In this document: piece by piece, positions 29,140-40,203 of the stretch
Layout: each line of letters starts with the position of its first letter
How positions within the stretch are numbered: position 1 is the first letter of the stretch
Assembly: GCA_963827645.1 (NCBI GenBank)
Contig: CAWHBZ010000010.1
Span: forward strand, 28,325 to 92,324
Length of the DNA: 64,000 nt
Direction: 5' to 3'
From: an uncultured beta proteobacterium
Lineage (GTDB): Bacteria; Pseudomonadota; Gammaproteobacteria; Burkholderiales; Burkholderiaceae_C
Made by a program: the position numbers and the translations under genes
Notes under the pieces: generated by a model
Told to the model about the DNA's origin: nothing
The model's input: the letters and a program-made list of their open reading frames with translations, nothing else
Database searches by the model: none

Positions 29140-30125
29140 TCAGGCCACCAGCACCAGCGCGCCGACGGTGGCGCGCGATTCCAGGCGCGCATGCGCTTGC
29201 GCCGGCGGCATCGAGCGCGTGGCGTTCGATCGGCGGCGGCTTGATCGTGCCGTCGGCCAGCGCCTGCCACAGGCTCGTCGGCGCGCGCCGCGAGCGCCTG
29301 GCGCGTGGCGATGTAGGCAAACACCACCGGCCGCGAGAAGCTCAGCGACTTGTGCACCAGCAGGTTCGGGTCGAGCGCGCGCAGCGGGCCGCTGGCCTGG
29401 CCCAGGCTGATCCAGTGGCCGCGCGGCGCGAGCGCGGCCAGGTTCTCGTCGAACGCGGCGTCGCCGAGGCCGTCGATCACCACGTCGGCGCCGCCGCAGG
29501 CGCCCTGCACCGCATCGGCAAAGCGGTAGTCGCGCGCTGACGATCACGTGCTCGCAGCCGTGCTCGCGCGCGAGGCGCGCCTTGGCCTCGCTCGACACGG
29601 TGCCGATCACCGTGGCGCCCAGACGCCGCGCCCAGGCGCACACCAGCAGGCCCACGCCGCCGGCGGCCGCATGCACCAGCAGCCGCGTGCCGCGGCTGAC
29701 GCGGCCGAGGTCGTGCAGCAGGTAGTGCGCGGTCAGGCCCTTGAGCAGCAGCGCCGCGGCGATGTCGTCTTCCACGGCGGGCGGCAGCCGCACCACCCAG
29801 TCGGCGGGCACCGTGCGCACGCTGCGCGTAGGCGCCGGGCACCGGGCCGACGTAGGCCACGCGGTCGCCGGGCAGCAGGCCGGTCACTCCGGCGCCGACA
29901 TCGAGCACGCTGCCGGCGGCCTCCATGCCCGGTGTGCCGCCGGGCTGCAGCATCGGCGGGATCCAGCCGCGGCGCAGGTAGACATCGATGAAGTTGACGC
30001 CGATGGCGCGCTGGCGGATGCGCACTTCGCCGGGGCCGGGCGGCGGGGCCATGGCGTCTTGCGGCCACCAGCTGTTCGGCGCCGCCGTAGCCGCGCAGCA
30101 CGATACGCCGCGTCGGCAGCGGCAA
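29140..30125 (-). CDS. NADPH:quinone oxidoreductase (zinc-type ADH/MDR superfamily, Qor-like), multiple frameshifts
   Basis: MPLPTRRIVLRGYGGAEQL.., ..PGPGEVRIRQRAIGVNFIDVYLRRG..PGMEAAGSV..VGAGVTGLLPGDRVAY.., ..LLVHAAAGGVGLLVCAWARRLGATVIGTVSSEAKARLAREHGCEHV.., ..ADVVIDGLGDAAFDENLAALAPRGHWISLGQASG... Confidence 0.75.
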
Positions 30126-30149
30126 CGCGGTGGGCAGCGGTGCGCTGCG

Positions 30150-30610
30150 CCGGCGCTACGCAGGTCGGCGCCTTGCTGCAGGTGGCGGCGCAGGTTGGCG
30201 AAGCCCGCTTCGTAGACATCGCGCGCCACCATCTCGCGCAACTCGCGCTCGCGGCCGGGCGGCGTGGCGAAGCTCGACTCCCAATGCCAGAACGTGCGGT
30301 TGCCGTCGGTCACCGGCTTCAGCGTGACGGTGGCCACGTAGCGCTGCAGCGGCACCGTGGCCTCGACGATGCAGTAGGTGCTCTTGTGCTCGCGGTCGTC
30401 GAGCGTCAGCAGCTGCTCGCGGATGCGGTTGCCGTCATTCAGCGAGAAGTTGCGCACGCAGCCGACCTGCGACGAGGCTTCGTTGGCCTCGATGCGGCTG
30501 GTCTCGACCACGTCGTGCCACTGGTCGTGGCTGTTGAAATCGCGGATGACCGCCCAGACGCGCTCGATCGGCGCGTCGATGACGGTGGAGCGGACGACCT
30601 TCTGCAGCAT
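30150..30610 (-). CDS. SRPBCC (Bet v1 / polyketide-cyclase-like) family protein, 3' end approximate
   Basis: MLQKVVRSTVIDAPIERVWAVIRDFNSHDQWHDVVETSRIE..VGCVRNF..VATVTLKPVTDGNRTFWHWESSF.. Paralogous to the next gene. Confidence 0.6.
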
Positions 30611-30714
30611 GGCTCGGGCCTCACTGGGCCATCAGCGCCGCGCGGCCTTCCGCCGGGCCGCCCCAAGGAAGGCCAGCCCCCTCGGGGGGCAGCGAGCGAA
30701 GCGAGCGTGGGGGC

Positions 30715-31149
30715 TCACCGGAAGTGCTGCTTCAACGCCGTGAAGCCGCCCTGGAACACGCCGTTGCCGATCAGCTCGGTCAACTCGCGCTCGCGGCCTT
30801 CGTCGCAATCGAACTCGGCGCTCCACTCGGCGAAGCTGCGCGCGCCATCGGTGACCGGCGTCAGCTTCAACGTCGCCACGTAGTTGGCCACGCCCATCGG
30901 GCTTTCGAGGATCTCGTAGCTGCACGAGTAGTCGTAGTCGCTCAACGCCAGCAGCCGCTCGCGGATCATGCCGCCGTCGCGCGTATGGAAGTGGCGGATG
31001 CAGCCCACCTTGTCGGCGGGCTCGTTGTTCTCGATGCGGCTGTCGGCGATCGCCGGGTGCCACAGCGGCAGGCCGTTGAAGTCGCGGATGCGCGACCACA
31101 CGCTGTCGGCGCTGGCGTCGATGACGCTGGAGACGTAGATGCGGATCAA
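30715..31149 (-). CDS. SRPBCC (Bet v1 / polyketide-cyclase-like) family protein
   Basis: MIRIYVSSVIDASADSVWSRIRDFNGLPLWHPAIADSRIEN..VGCIRHF..VATLKLTPVTDGARSFAEWSAEF.. Intact 144 aa. Confidence 0.65.
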   Translation of the reverse strand: MIRIYVSSVIDASADSVWSRIRDFNGLPLWHPAIADSRIENNEPADKVGCIRHFHTRDGGMIRERLLALSDYDYSCSYEILESPMGVANYVATLKLTPVTDGARSFAEWSAEFDCDEGRERELTELIGNGVFQGGFTALKQHFR

Positions 31150-31159
31150 GTCTGCGCCC

Positions 31160-32855
31160 CTATTCCTTGGTCGTCGGCGCCGGGGACGCCGGCGGCAACG
31201 CGGCGGTGCCCGACACGCCGGCCGTCAGCCGCTGGATGTCGCCCGACTCCAGGCCGATCTCGCGCAGCAACTGGTCGACGATCGGCGCCTGCGCGCGAAA
31301 ACGCAGCGCCGAGTTGACGACGCTGTCGGCGAAGCCGCCGTTGCTGCCGTCGCCGCCACCGCCGCCGCCGCCGGCCAGACCATCGACGTGCAGGATCTTG
31401 ATGCCCTCGATGCGCTCCATCGGCCGCACCGCCTCGCGGATGATCGCCTCGGCCTTGTCCACCAGCGCCAGGCGCAGCGCCGACGCCCTGGCCTCCGGCG
31501 ACAGCACGTTCTGCGCCTCGTTCATCAGGCGCATCGCGTCGGCCTCGATCTCGGCGCGCACCTTGGTGGCCAGCGACTTGATCTTGTCGGCGTCGGCATC
31601 GGCCTCGGCCTGCGCGCGGATCGCCGCGCCGCGGTCGGCGCTGGCCAGCTTCTCGGCCTTGGCCGCCGACGTGAGCCGCAGCGACTTCGCGCTCGGCCGC
31701 CTGCGCAGCGCCGATCAGGTCGATCGCCTTCTTGCGCTCGGCCATCTCGACTTCGCGCGCGGTGAACACCTTTTCTTCGGCCGATACGGTTAGCGCGCGT
31801 GCTTCTTCGGCCAACGTTTGCGCCTCACTCTGCGCCTTGCTCTCGCGCGCCACCGCGATCGCGCGCTGCTGCTCGGCCAGCTCCAGCGCCTGGCGGCGCG
31901 CCACTTCGGCGGCCTGCACCGCGCGCTCTTTCTGGATGCGCTCTTGCTCGACGCTCAGGTCGCTGCGGATGCGCGCCGCCTCGATGGTCTGCTTGGCGGT
32001 GATCTGCGCCTGCTCGGAGTCCTGCTCGCGCTGCGCGCGCTCGGTGGCCACCTCGGCACGCTGGCGGGCGCGCGCGACCTCCACCTCGCGCTGCTGGGTG
32101 AGGCGCGCGTATTCGCTTTCGCGGTCGATGTCGAGCGACAGCTTCTCGGCCTCGAGGTTCTTGTTGCGGATCGCGATCAGCGTGTCCTGCTCGACGTCGT
32201 TGCGCTGCTTCTTGCGGTGCTCGATCTGCTCGGTCAGCCGCGTCAGGCCCTCGGCGTCGAACGCATTGCTCGGGTTGAAGAACTCCATCGCGGTCTGGTC
32301 GAGCTGGGTCAGCGAGGCCGACTCGAGCTCCAGGCCGTTCTTGATCAGGTCGCCGGCCACCGTCTCGCGCACGCGCTTGACGTAGCTGCCGCGTTTTTCG
32401 TGCAGCTCTTCCATCGTCATCTCGGCCGCGGCGGTGCGCAGCGCGTCGACGAACTTGCCCTCGACCAGCTCCTTCAGCTGCTCGGGCTCGAGCGTGCGCT
32501 GGCCGAGCGTCTGCGCCGCCGCCGCCACCGCGCTCGGCTCGGCCGCCACGCGCACGTAGAACTCGGCGATCACGTCCACGCGCATGCGGTCCTTGGTGAT
32601 CAGCGCCTTGTCGCGGCCGCGTGCCACCTCCAGGCGCAACGTGTTCATGTTGACCGGGATCACCTCGTGCACGATCGGCAGCACCAGCGCGCCGCCGTCG
32701 AGCACCACCTTCTGGCCGCCCAGGCCCGTGCGCACGAAAGCGCGCTCCTTGCTCGAGCGCAGGTACAGCCAGTGCAGCAGCCAGACCACGATCGCGACGA
32801 CGATCGCCGCGACGATCAGGCCGAGGATGAAGGTTCCGAATTGGGCGCCTGTCAT
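31160..32855 (-). CDS. flotillin-like SPFH/band-7 domain protein (YqiK family), one frameshift
   Basis: N-terminal TM helix (FILGLIVAAIVVAIVVWLL), SPFH domain, and a long coiled-coil rich in E/A/R/Q. The C-terminal piece lies in frame 31160..31561. Confidence 0.75.
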
Positions 32856-32873
32856 GTGCGTCTCCTTGAATCT

Positions 32874-33705
32874 CTATCGCTTGATCTGCGTGAAGCGGCG
32901 CGTCGTCTCGGTCAGCGCCACCTCGGTGGGCAGCCGCTCCATCGAGCTCGCGCCGTAGAAGCCGTGGCAATCAGGGCAGCGCGCGAGGATGAAGCTCGCG
33001 TCCTGCGGCGTGGCGATCGGCCCGCCGTGGCACAGCACGATCACATCGGATCTCACCGCCTTGGCGGCCGCCGCGTAGGCGTTGATCGGCGCCACGCAAT
33101 CGGCCAGCTTCAGTGCCGTCGCGGCGCCGATGGCGCCGCCGGTGGTCAGGCCCATGTGCGCGACGATGACGTCGGCGCCGGCCCGGGCCATGTCGCGCGC
33201 CTCCTGCTCGCTGAAGACATAGGGCGTGGTCAGCAGGTCCAGCTGCGTGCGCACGCGCGATCAGCTCGACCTCCAGGCCGTAGCCCATGCCGGTTTCTTC
33301 GAGGTTGGCGCGGAAGGTGCCGTCGATCAGGCCGACGGTCGGGAAGTTCTGGATGCCCGAGAAGCCGAGCGCGATCAGCCGCTGCAGCAACTCGTCGGCA
33401 ATCATGAACGGGTCGGTGCCGTTGACGCCGGCGAGCACCGGCGTGGATTTGACCACCGGCAGCACCTCGTGCGCCATCTCGCAGACGATGTCGTTGGCGT
33501 TGCCGTAGGCCAGCAATCCGGCCAGCGAGCCGCGCCCGGCCATGCGGTAGCGGCCCGAGTTGTAGATGACGATCAGGTCGATGCCGCCGGCCTCTTCGCA
33601 CTTGGCCGACAGGCCGGTGCCGGCGCCGCCACCGATGATCGGGGTGCCGGCGGCGATCTTGCGGCGCAAGCGGTCGAGGATGGTCTGGCGGGCGATGCGG
33701 GGCAT
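32874..33705 (-). CDS. phosphoenolpyruvate-hydrolase-like TIM-barrel protein (Tm-1 C-terminal-domain homologue), one frameshift
   Basis: [83 protein letters not shown].. then C-terminal ..[26 protein letters not shown]... Confidence 0.7.
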
Positions 33706-33721
33706 GGCGGTCTCGTCGGAT

Positions 33722-34942
33722 TCAACGCACCGCACGCACGGCGGACGGCGTGCTGGTGATTTCGCGCCAGGCCGCCACCAGCGCGTCGGCGAACGCTTCG
33801 TCGTTGATGTGCAGCGGCAGGCGCTTCAGCAAGCGGTTGGCGCCGCCGCGAAAGTGGCGCTCGATGGTTTCGAACAACACGCGGTCGGCCTCCGGGTCGT
33901 GGAACGCCTGTCCTGCGCGGTCGATCTGCGACACGCCACCTTCGGGGATCAGGAAGCGCACCGGCCCGCTCATCGCGTTGAGCTTGCGCGCGATGAATTC
34001 GCCGATCGCGCGGTTCTCGTCGACCGTGGTGCGCATCAGCGTCACCGTCGGGTTGTGGCGGTGCAGCTTGCGCCCCTTGAACCGCTCGGGCACCGAATCC
34101 CAGGGCCCGAAGTTCACCATGTCGAGCGCGCCGCACGAGCCCACGTAGGGCAGCGGGTGGCGCGCGAACACGTCCATGCGCAGCGGCCCGGCCGACAGCA
34201 CGCCGCCGACGATCTCGTCGGCGACCTCGGTGGTGGAGACGTCGATCACGCCGGCCAGCAGCCCGGAGTCGGCCAGTTTCTCCATCGACTGGCCCCCTAC
34301 GCCCGTGGCATGGAACACCAGGCAGTCGTAGTCGGCTTCGAGCCGCTTGGTCACCATCTGCACGCAGGTGGTGGTGACGCCGAACATCGTCAGGCCCAGC
34401 GCCGGCTTGCTGGCGCTGTCGCCGACCATCGGGTGCGCGATCATGCCGGCCAGCGCGTGCGCGGCGTTGGCGAGCACCTTCTCGCTGATGCGGTTGATGC
34501 CCGACACGTCGGTGATCGAATACATCATGCAGATGTCGCTCGGGCCCACGTAGGGCCGCGTGTCGCCCGAGGCCATGGTCGACACCATCACCTTCGGGCA
34601 GCCGATCGGCAGCGCACGCATCGCCTGCGTCGCCAGCGTGGTGCCGCCCGAGCCGCCGGCCGAAACGAGGCCGCCGACGTCGCGCCGGCTGAGCATGAAA
34701 CGCTCGAACGCGATCGCCATCGCGCTCACCGCGCTGCCGCGGTCGTTGGTGAACACCGCGGATTCGCCGTCGGGATGGTGGCGCGCCACCTCGCGCGGGT
34801 GCACGCTGGCCGGCGACGGCTTGCCCGACGTCGCGAGGTCCACCGTCACCACGCGCAGGCCGAGCTTCTCCAGGCACTGGCGCATGTAGAACAGCTCGCG
34901 GCCCTTGGTGTCGAAGGTGCCGGCCACGTAGGCAGCACGCAC
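33722..34942 (-). CDS. UPF0261 / Tm-1-like ATP-binding domain protein; start uncertain because the frame is open into livF
   Basis: ..[157 protein letters not shown].. ends at 33722. Confidence 0.7.
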   Translation of the reverse strand: MRAAYVAGTFDTKGRELFYMRQCLEKLGLRVVTVDLATSGKPSPASVHPREVARHHPDGESAVFTNDRGSAVSAMAIAFERFMLSRRDVGGLVSAGGSGGTTLATQAMRALPIGCPKVMVSTMASGDTRPYVGPSDICMMYSITDVSGINRISEKVLANAAHALAGMIAHPMVGDSASKPALGLTMFGVTTTCVQMVTKRLEADYDCLVFHATGVGGQSMEKLADSGLLAGVIDVSTTEVADEIVGGVLSAGPLRMDVFARHPLPYVGSCGALDMVNFGPWDSVPERFKGRKLHRHNPTVTLMRTTVDENRAIGEFIARKLNAMSGPVRFLIPEGGVSQIDRAGQAFHDPEADRVLFETIERHFRGGANRLLKRLPLHINDEAFADALVAAWREITSTPSAVRAVR

Positions 34943-35226
34943 GCTGCCGGTGGCGACGGGGAAGGCCAGCAGCTGCGCAGCCGGCCTGGCCGGCGGCGCG
35001 GCCGCAGGGGCGGCTGCGGAGAACGCCGGCTCGCGCGTGATGTCCGCCAACGGGGCTGCCGCGTCGCCGCTGTTCCAGCGGTTGAAGCCGCGCACCGTGC
35101 GCGGCGCCGCATCGTCGAGCGTCGGCGCGCCGTTGCCGAAGGCCCGCCGCACCGTCAGCACGCGCACGGTGTCGGGCGCCGCGGGCGGCGGCGCGGCGGC
35201 CTCGGCGTCCTCGTCGTCGTTGGCGC

Positions 35227-35960
35227 GCACGCCGAGCAGGCGCTCCTGCAGCTCGCGGTCGGCCGCCAGCGCCTGCGCCGGCATCTCGTGGGCGATGCGG
35301 CCGTTGACCATCACGCCGATGCGGTCGGCCACGTCGATCGCCACGCCGAGGTTCTGCTCGATCAGCAGCACCGCGATCTCGCCGCCGGCCAGCTCGCGCA
35401 GCGCCTGCACCACCTGCTCGACGATCAGCGGCGCCAGGCCCTCGGTGGGCTCGTCCATCACCAGCAGGCGCGGGTTCGAGCAGCAGCGCGCGGCCGATGG
35501 CCAGCATCTGCTGCTCGCCACCCGACAACTGCGCGCCGCCGTGGCCCTTGCGTTCGGCCAGCCGCGGGAACATCGTGTAGACGCGGTCGAGGTCGCGCCG
35601 GCGCCTGGCCACCAGGCGCAGCGTTTCGTCGACCGTCAGCGACGGCCAGACGCGGCGGCCCTGCGGCACGTAGGCGATGCCGCGCCGCGTGATCTCGTGC
35701 GGCGCCAGGCCGAGGAGCTCGTCACCGGCCAGCTTGACGCTGCCGGTGCCGTGCACGAGACCGGTGATCGCGTTGCACAGCGTGGTCTTGCCCATGCCGT
35801 TGCGGCCGACGATGGCGAGCACGCCGCGCTCGAGCGTCAGGCTGACGCCCTGCAGCGCGTGGCCGCGGCCGTAGTAGACGTCGAGGCCCTCCACCACAAG
35901 CATCGGGCCGCCCGGCTTGCTGCCGTCGTCGTTGCGATCGCGGGAGAACCAAGCCATCAA
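35227..35960 (-). CDS. livF: ABC transporter ATP-binding protein, LivF-like; frameshifted, no in-frame stop before the UPF0261 gene
   Basis: [50 protein letters not shown].. [15 protein letters not shown].. then [64 protein letters not shown], then about 95 aa of Ala/Pro-rich read-through. Confidence 0.7.
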
Positions 35961-36781
35961 TGCTTGCCCCCCATGTAGATCGCCTGCACCTGCGCGTCGC
36001 CCTCGATCTCGCCGGGCGAGCCGGTCTTCAGCACGCGGCCGTTGTGCATCACGGTCACGCGATCGGCCACGCGCAGCGCGATGTCAAGGTCGTGCTCGAT
36101 CAGCACGAAGCTCATGTGCGCCGGCAACGAGGTCAACAGCGCCACCAGCTCGCGCCGCTCGGCGGGCGACAGCCCGGCGGCCGGCTCGTCGAACAGGATC
36201 AAGCGCGGCGCGCCGGCCAGCGCCATGCCGATCTCGAGCTGGCGCTGCTGGCCATGCGCGAGGTTGGCGACCCGCTCGTCGGCGATGTGGCTCAGGCGCG
36301 CGCGCTCCAGCAGATCGCGGGTTTGCGCTTGCGACGCATGGCCTTCGCGCGGCCGCCAGAAACTGAAGCGGCCACTGGCCACGCCGCGCACCGCGAGGAA
36401 CAGGTTGTCGCGCACGCTCAGCTCGCGAAACAGCAGCGACGACTGGTAGGTGCGGCGCAGGCCCTTGCGGATGCGCTCGTGCGGCGGCAGCTCGGTGATG
36501 TCTTCGCCGAAGAAATGGATCCGCCCCGCAGTGGGCGGGAAGTCGCCGGTGACGGTGTTGAACAGCGTGGTCTTGCCGGCGCCGTTGGAGCCCAGGATCG
36601 CGTACTTCTGCCCCGCGGCCACCGCGAGCGACACGTCGTCGACCGCCCGCAGCGCGCCGAAGGCGCGCGTCACGTTGCTGAGCACGAGCGCCTCGTTGGC
36701 CGCCAGCGGCGCGTGCGCGCCGGCGGCCCGCGGCGACGCTGCGGCTCGACGCGACGCAGTGGGCGGCATCAATGTGGCCAT
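35957..36781 (-). CDS. livG: ABC transporter ATP-binding protein, LivG-like (intact)
   Basis: ..ILGSNGAGKTTLFNTVTGDF..LSVRDNL..LAHGQQRQLEIGMALAGAPRLILFDEPAAGLSPAE..IEHDLDIALRVADRVTVMHNGRVL... Confidence 0.85.
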   Translation of the reverse strand: MATLMPPTASRRAAASPRAAGAHAPLAANEALVLSNVTRAFGALRAVDDVSLAVAAGQKYAILGSNGAGKTTLFNTVTGDFPPTAGRIHFFGEDITELPPHERIRKGLRRTYQSSLLFRELSVRDNLFLAVRGVASGRFSFWRPREGHASQAQTRDLLERARLSHIADERVANLAHGQQRQLEIGMALAGAPRLILFDEPAAGLSPAERRELVALLTSLPAHMSFVLIEHDLDIALRVADRVTVMHNGRVLKTGSPGEIEGDAQVQAIYMGGKH

Positions 36782-36842
36782 GCGGTACTCGAATGACTCA
36801 TATGGACACCGAGGCGGCCGCCAGGCCGCCTCGGAAGTCGGG

Positions 36843-38073
36843 TCAGGGGCACGCCGGGACGTCGCGCGAGCCCATCTGGAACTCCTCTTTCTTCATGCCC
36901 AGCATCTGGTCGATGTTGTCGACCTTGCGGTGCACCTTGTTGAAGAGGTTGCCTTGCGAATCCTTCACCACCTCGGTGACGAACGTGGTGCCGATGGCCT
37001 GGCGGTTGCCGTCGAGCTGCACGTCGCCGGTGGGCGTCTTGAGCACCATCTTCGACAGCGCTTCGCGGTACTTGGCCTGGCCGCCGGAGAGGTCGCCCTT
37101 CACCGCATCGAGGCCGTCGAGCGCGGCCTTCATGTTGACGTAGTACACGTAGGCAAACAGGCTCGGGCTCGGAAAGCCGCCGGCCGACACCGGATAGCTC
37201 TTCTGGTAGTCGGCGACGAAGGCCTTCCATTCGGCGCCGTCATAGGCATCGGCCACCGGGCCGGCCGACAGCGTGCCCACCAGCGAGTCGCGGCGCTTGC
37301 CGCGGTAGTTCAGGATGTCCTGGCTGACCGTGATCGAGCCGCCGACGATCGGCTTGTCGCCGCCCGCGGCCTCGTACTGGTTGAGGAAGTTCACCGCGTC
37401 GGCGCCGCCCAGCACCACCAGCATCGCGTCGACATCCTTCGGGATCTTGGCGATCACCGAGGCGTAGTCCTTGCCGCCCAGCGGCACCCAGGCCTTCTCG
37501 GGCACCTTGCCGCCGAGGCGGCAGTACTCGGCCATGAAGCCCTGCACCTGCGAATACGGGAACGCGTAGTCCTCGGCGATCACCATCATGCGCTTGTAGC
37601 CCTTATCGAGCGCCGCCTTGCCCAGGCCGACCATCCACTGCGCACCCTCCATGTTGAAGCGGAAGAAGTTGGGGCTCGGGTTGACCAGCGTGGTCGCCTG
37701 TGCGCCCGAGCTGCCGTTGATGAAGGTGATGTTGGGCTGTGTCTTCGAATAGTCCTTGACCGCGATGCCTTCGCCGCCGGACAGCGGGCCGACCATGATG
37801 TCGACCTTGTCCTGCTCGACCAGCTTGCGCGTGGCGTTCACTGCAACATCGGGCTTGGCATCGGACGACGGCCTTGATGATCTCGATCTTGCGGCCGGCC
37901 ACCACGCCGCCGCGCTGCTTGACGGCCAGCTCGGCGCCGCGCATGCCGTCGGCACCGCCGGCGGCGAACGGCCCTTCGAGCGTGGCCAGCAGGCCGATCT
38001 TCACCGGCTGGCCCTGCGCCCAGGCGCCACCCATCAACGCGGTGGCGGCCGCGGCGCCGAGTATCGAACGCAT
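36843..38073 (-). CDS. ABC transporter substrate-binding protein, branched-chain amino acid (LivK/LivJ)-type periplasmic binding fold; frameshift near 37870
   Basis: Signal peptide MRSILGAAAATALMGGAWAQGQPVKIGLLATLEGPFAAGGADGMRGAELAV.. then ..KLVEQDKVDIMVGPLSGGEGIAVKDYSKTQPNITFINGSSGAQ..MVIAEDYAFPY..MLVVLGGADAVNFLNQYEAAG... Confidence 0.8.
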
Positions 38074-38093
38074 CCACACTCTCTTGGTCACTC

Positions 38094-39229
38094 TCACGGT
38101 TGTCTCCTTTGTTGGGAAGTCATGGCCTGGTTCGGCCCGAAGCGCGAGCGAAGCTTCGCCCACAGTCCGAGCAGGCCGTCGGGGGAAAACAGCACGATGG
38201 CGAGGAACACGCCGCCGATCACGAGGTTGAAGCGCTCGCGGTCGATCAGGTCGATGGCGAAGGTCTGCAGCAGCACGAAGGCGACGGCGCCGAGAAACGC
38301 GCCGATCGGATGCCGCATGCCGCCGAGCACGGCAACCACCAGGATGTTGATCAGCCACGAGGTGCTCGACCGATCCCGGCGTGATGAGGCCGTTGTACCA
38401 GACCAGCAGCACGCCGCCGACCGCGGCGATCAGCCCGGCCAGCGCATAGGCCGCGACGCGGTGCGCGACGACGTGGAAGCCCAGCGCCGCCATGCGCCGC
38501 GGGTTGTCGCGGATGCCCTGCATGGCGATGCCGAACGGCGCGCGCACCACCCAGCGCACGCAGCGAAGTAGCCGGCCAGCGCGCACGACCAGGCTCGAGG
38601 AAGTAAAACGGCAGCGGGTCGCGCCAGGCGACGCCCAGCACCTTGGGCGGATACACCTCGCGCAGGCCCTGGAAGCCGTTGAACACGCTGTAGTTCTGCA
38701 GCACCAGGTAGTAGAAGGCCACGCCGATGGCCAGCGTGATCATGATCGTGTAGATGCCCTCGGTGCGCACCGACAGCCAGCCGATCAGCGTGGCGCACAC
38801 GGTGGCGATGGCGATCGCGAACGGCACCGCCACCCACCACGGCCAGTCGAGGCTGATCTCGGTGCCGCTGCTGGTGCCGAGAATCGCCACCGCATAACCG
38901 GCCATGCCGGCCACCGTCATCTGCGCCAGCGACACCATGCCGCCGTAGCCGCCGAGAAAGGTGAGCGACAGCGCGATCAGGCCCAGCACCAGCGACTGCG
39001 CCGCCACCTGGAAGGTGAAGAACGGCGTGGCGACGAACGGAAAAAGCAGCACGAAGGCGAGCACGAACACGTGGCGCGGCTCGAGCGTGCGCCACAGGTA
39101 TTTCAACCAGCGCGGGGCGCCGCTGTCGGCGTACGGATCGGTCGGCGCGTCGGCGGCGCCACGGCGCGGCGCGCTCGGCGCACGGCGCAGCGCGCGCAGC
39201 GCGCGCATGCGCCGGCCGCGGTCGTTCAT
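38094..39229 (-). CDS. livM: ABC transporter permease, LivM-like, one frameshift
   Basis: ..SLVLGLIALSLTFLGGYGGMVSLAQMTVAGMAGYAVAIL.. and C-terminal ..AFVLLQTFAIDLIDRERFNLVIGGVFLAIVLFSPDGLLGLWAKL... Confidence 0.8.
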
Positions 39230-39257
39230 CGGCAGCGACCGCCAGTAGCGGCCGCGC

Positions 39258-40152
39258 TCATGCCGCCCTCCCCATGATCCCGCGCGGCCGAAACGCCAGC
39301 ACCAGGATCAGGATCACGAAGGTGAACACCACGCTGTAGGTCGGCGCATAGGCCAGGCCGTAGGTTTCGGCCAGCCCGAGGATCACCGAGCCGATGGCCG
39401 CGCCGACCACGCTGCCCATGCCGCCGACGATCACCACGATCAGCGAGGCCAGCAGCAGCCGCGTGTCTTCGCCCGGCACCATCGACAGCTCCACCGCGCC
39501 GATGACGCCGCCGAAGCCGGCCAGGCCGGCGCCGAGCATGAAGGTGATCGCGAACACGCAGGTTCACGTTGACGCCGGCGGCGGCGAGCATGCCGCGGTC
39601 GTCGACGCCGGCGCGGATCATCATGCCCACGCGCGTGCGGTTGAGCAGCCACCACAGGCCGATGCCGATGGCGATGCCGAAGCCGAGCAGGCTCAGCCGG
39701 TAGGCCGAGTACGCATTGATCAGCGGGATGCCGCGGATCGGGCCCTGCAGCCACTCCGGCGCCTCCATCTGATGCACCTGGCCGGTGAAGACCCACAGCA
39801 GCAGGTCGGCGATGACGATCGACAGGCCGATCGTCACCAGCGTCTGGCGCAGGTCCTCGCCCTGCATGTGGCGCAGCACCAGCAGCTGGATCAACAGCCC
39901 CGCCAGCGCAGCCGCGGCGAAGCCCGCGGCCAGCGCCAGCAGCCACCAGCCGGTGCGCTCGGCGACGATGAACGCGACGTAGCCGCCCAGCAGGTACAGC
40001 GAACCGTGCGCCAGGTTGACGTTGCGCATCAGGCCGAACACCAGCGTGAAGCCGCTGGCGACGATGAAGTACAGCGACGCCAGCGTCAGGCTGTTGAGCA
40101 GCGTCACCAGGTACAGGCGCGTGTTGTCGACCAGCGCCCACAGCGAGAACAC
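39258..40152 (-). CDS. livH: ABC transporter permease, LivH-like, one frameshift
   Basis: MFSLWALVDNTRLYLVTLLNSLTLASLYFIVASGFTLVFGLMRNVNLAHGSLYLLGGYVAF.. and C-terminal ..FAITFMLGAGLAGFGGVIGAVELSMVPGEDTRLLLASLIVVIVGGMGSVVGA... Confidence 0.8.
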
Positions 40153-40203
40153 GGCCAGCGGGCCGCCGATCAGCAGCCACAGCGCGATGCGCTGCGTTTC
40201 GGC

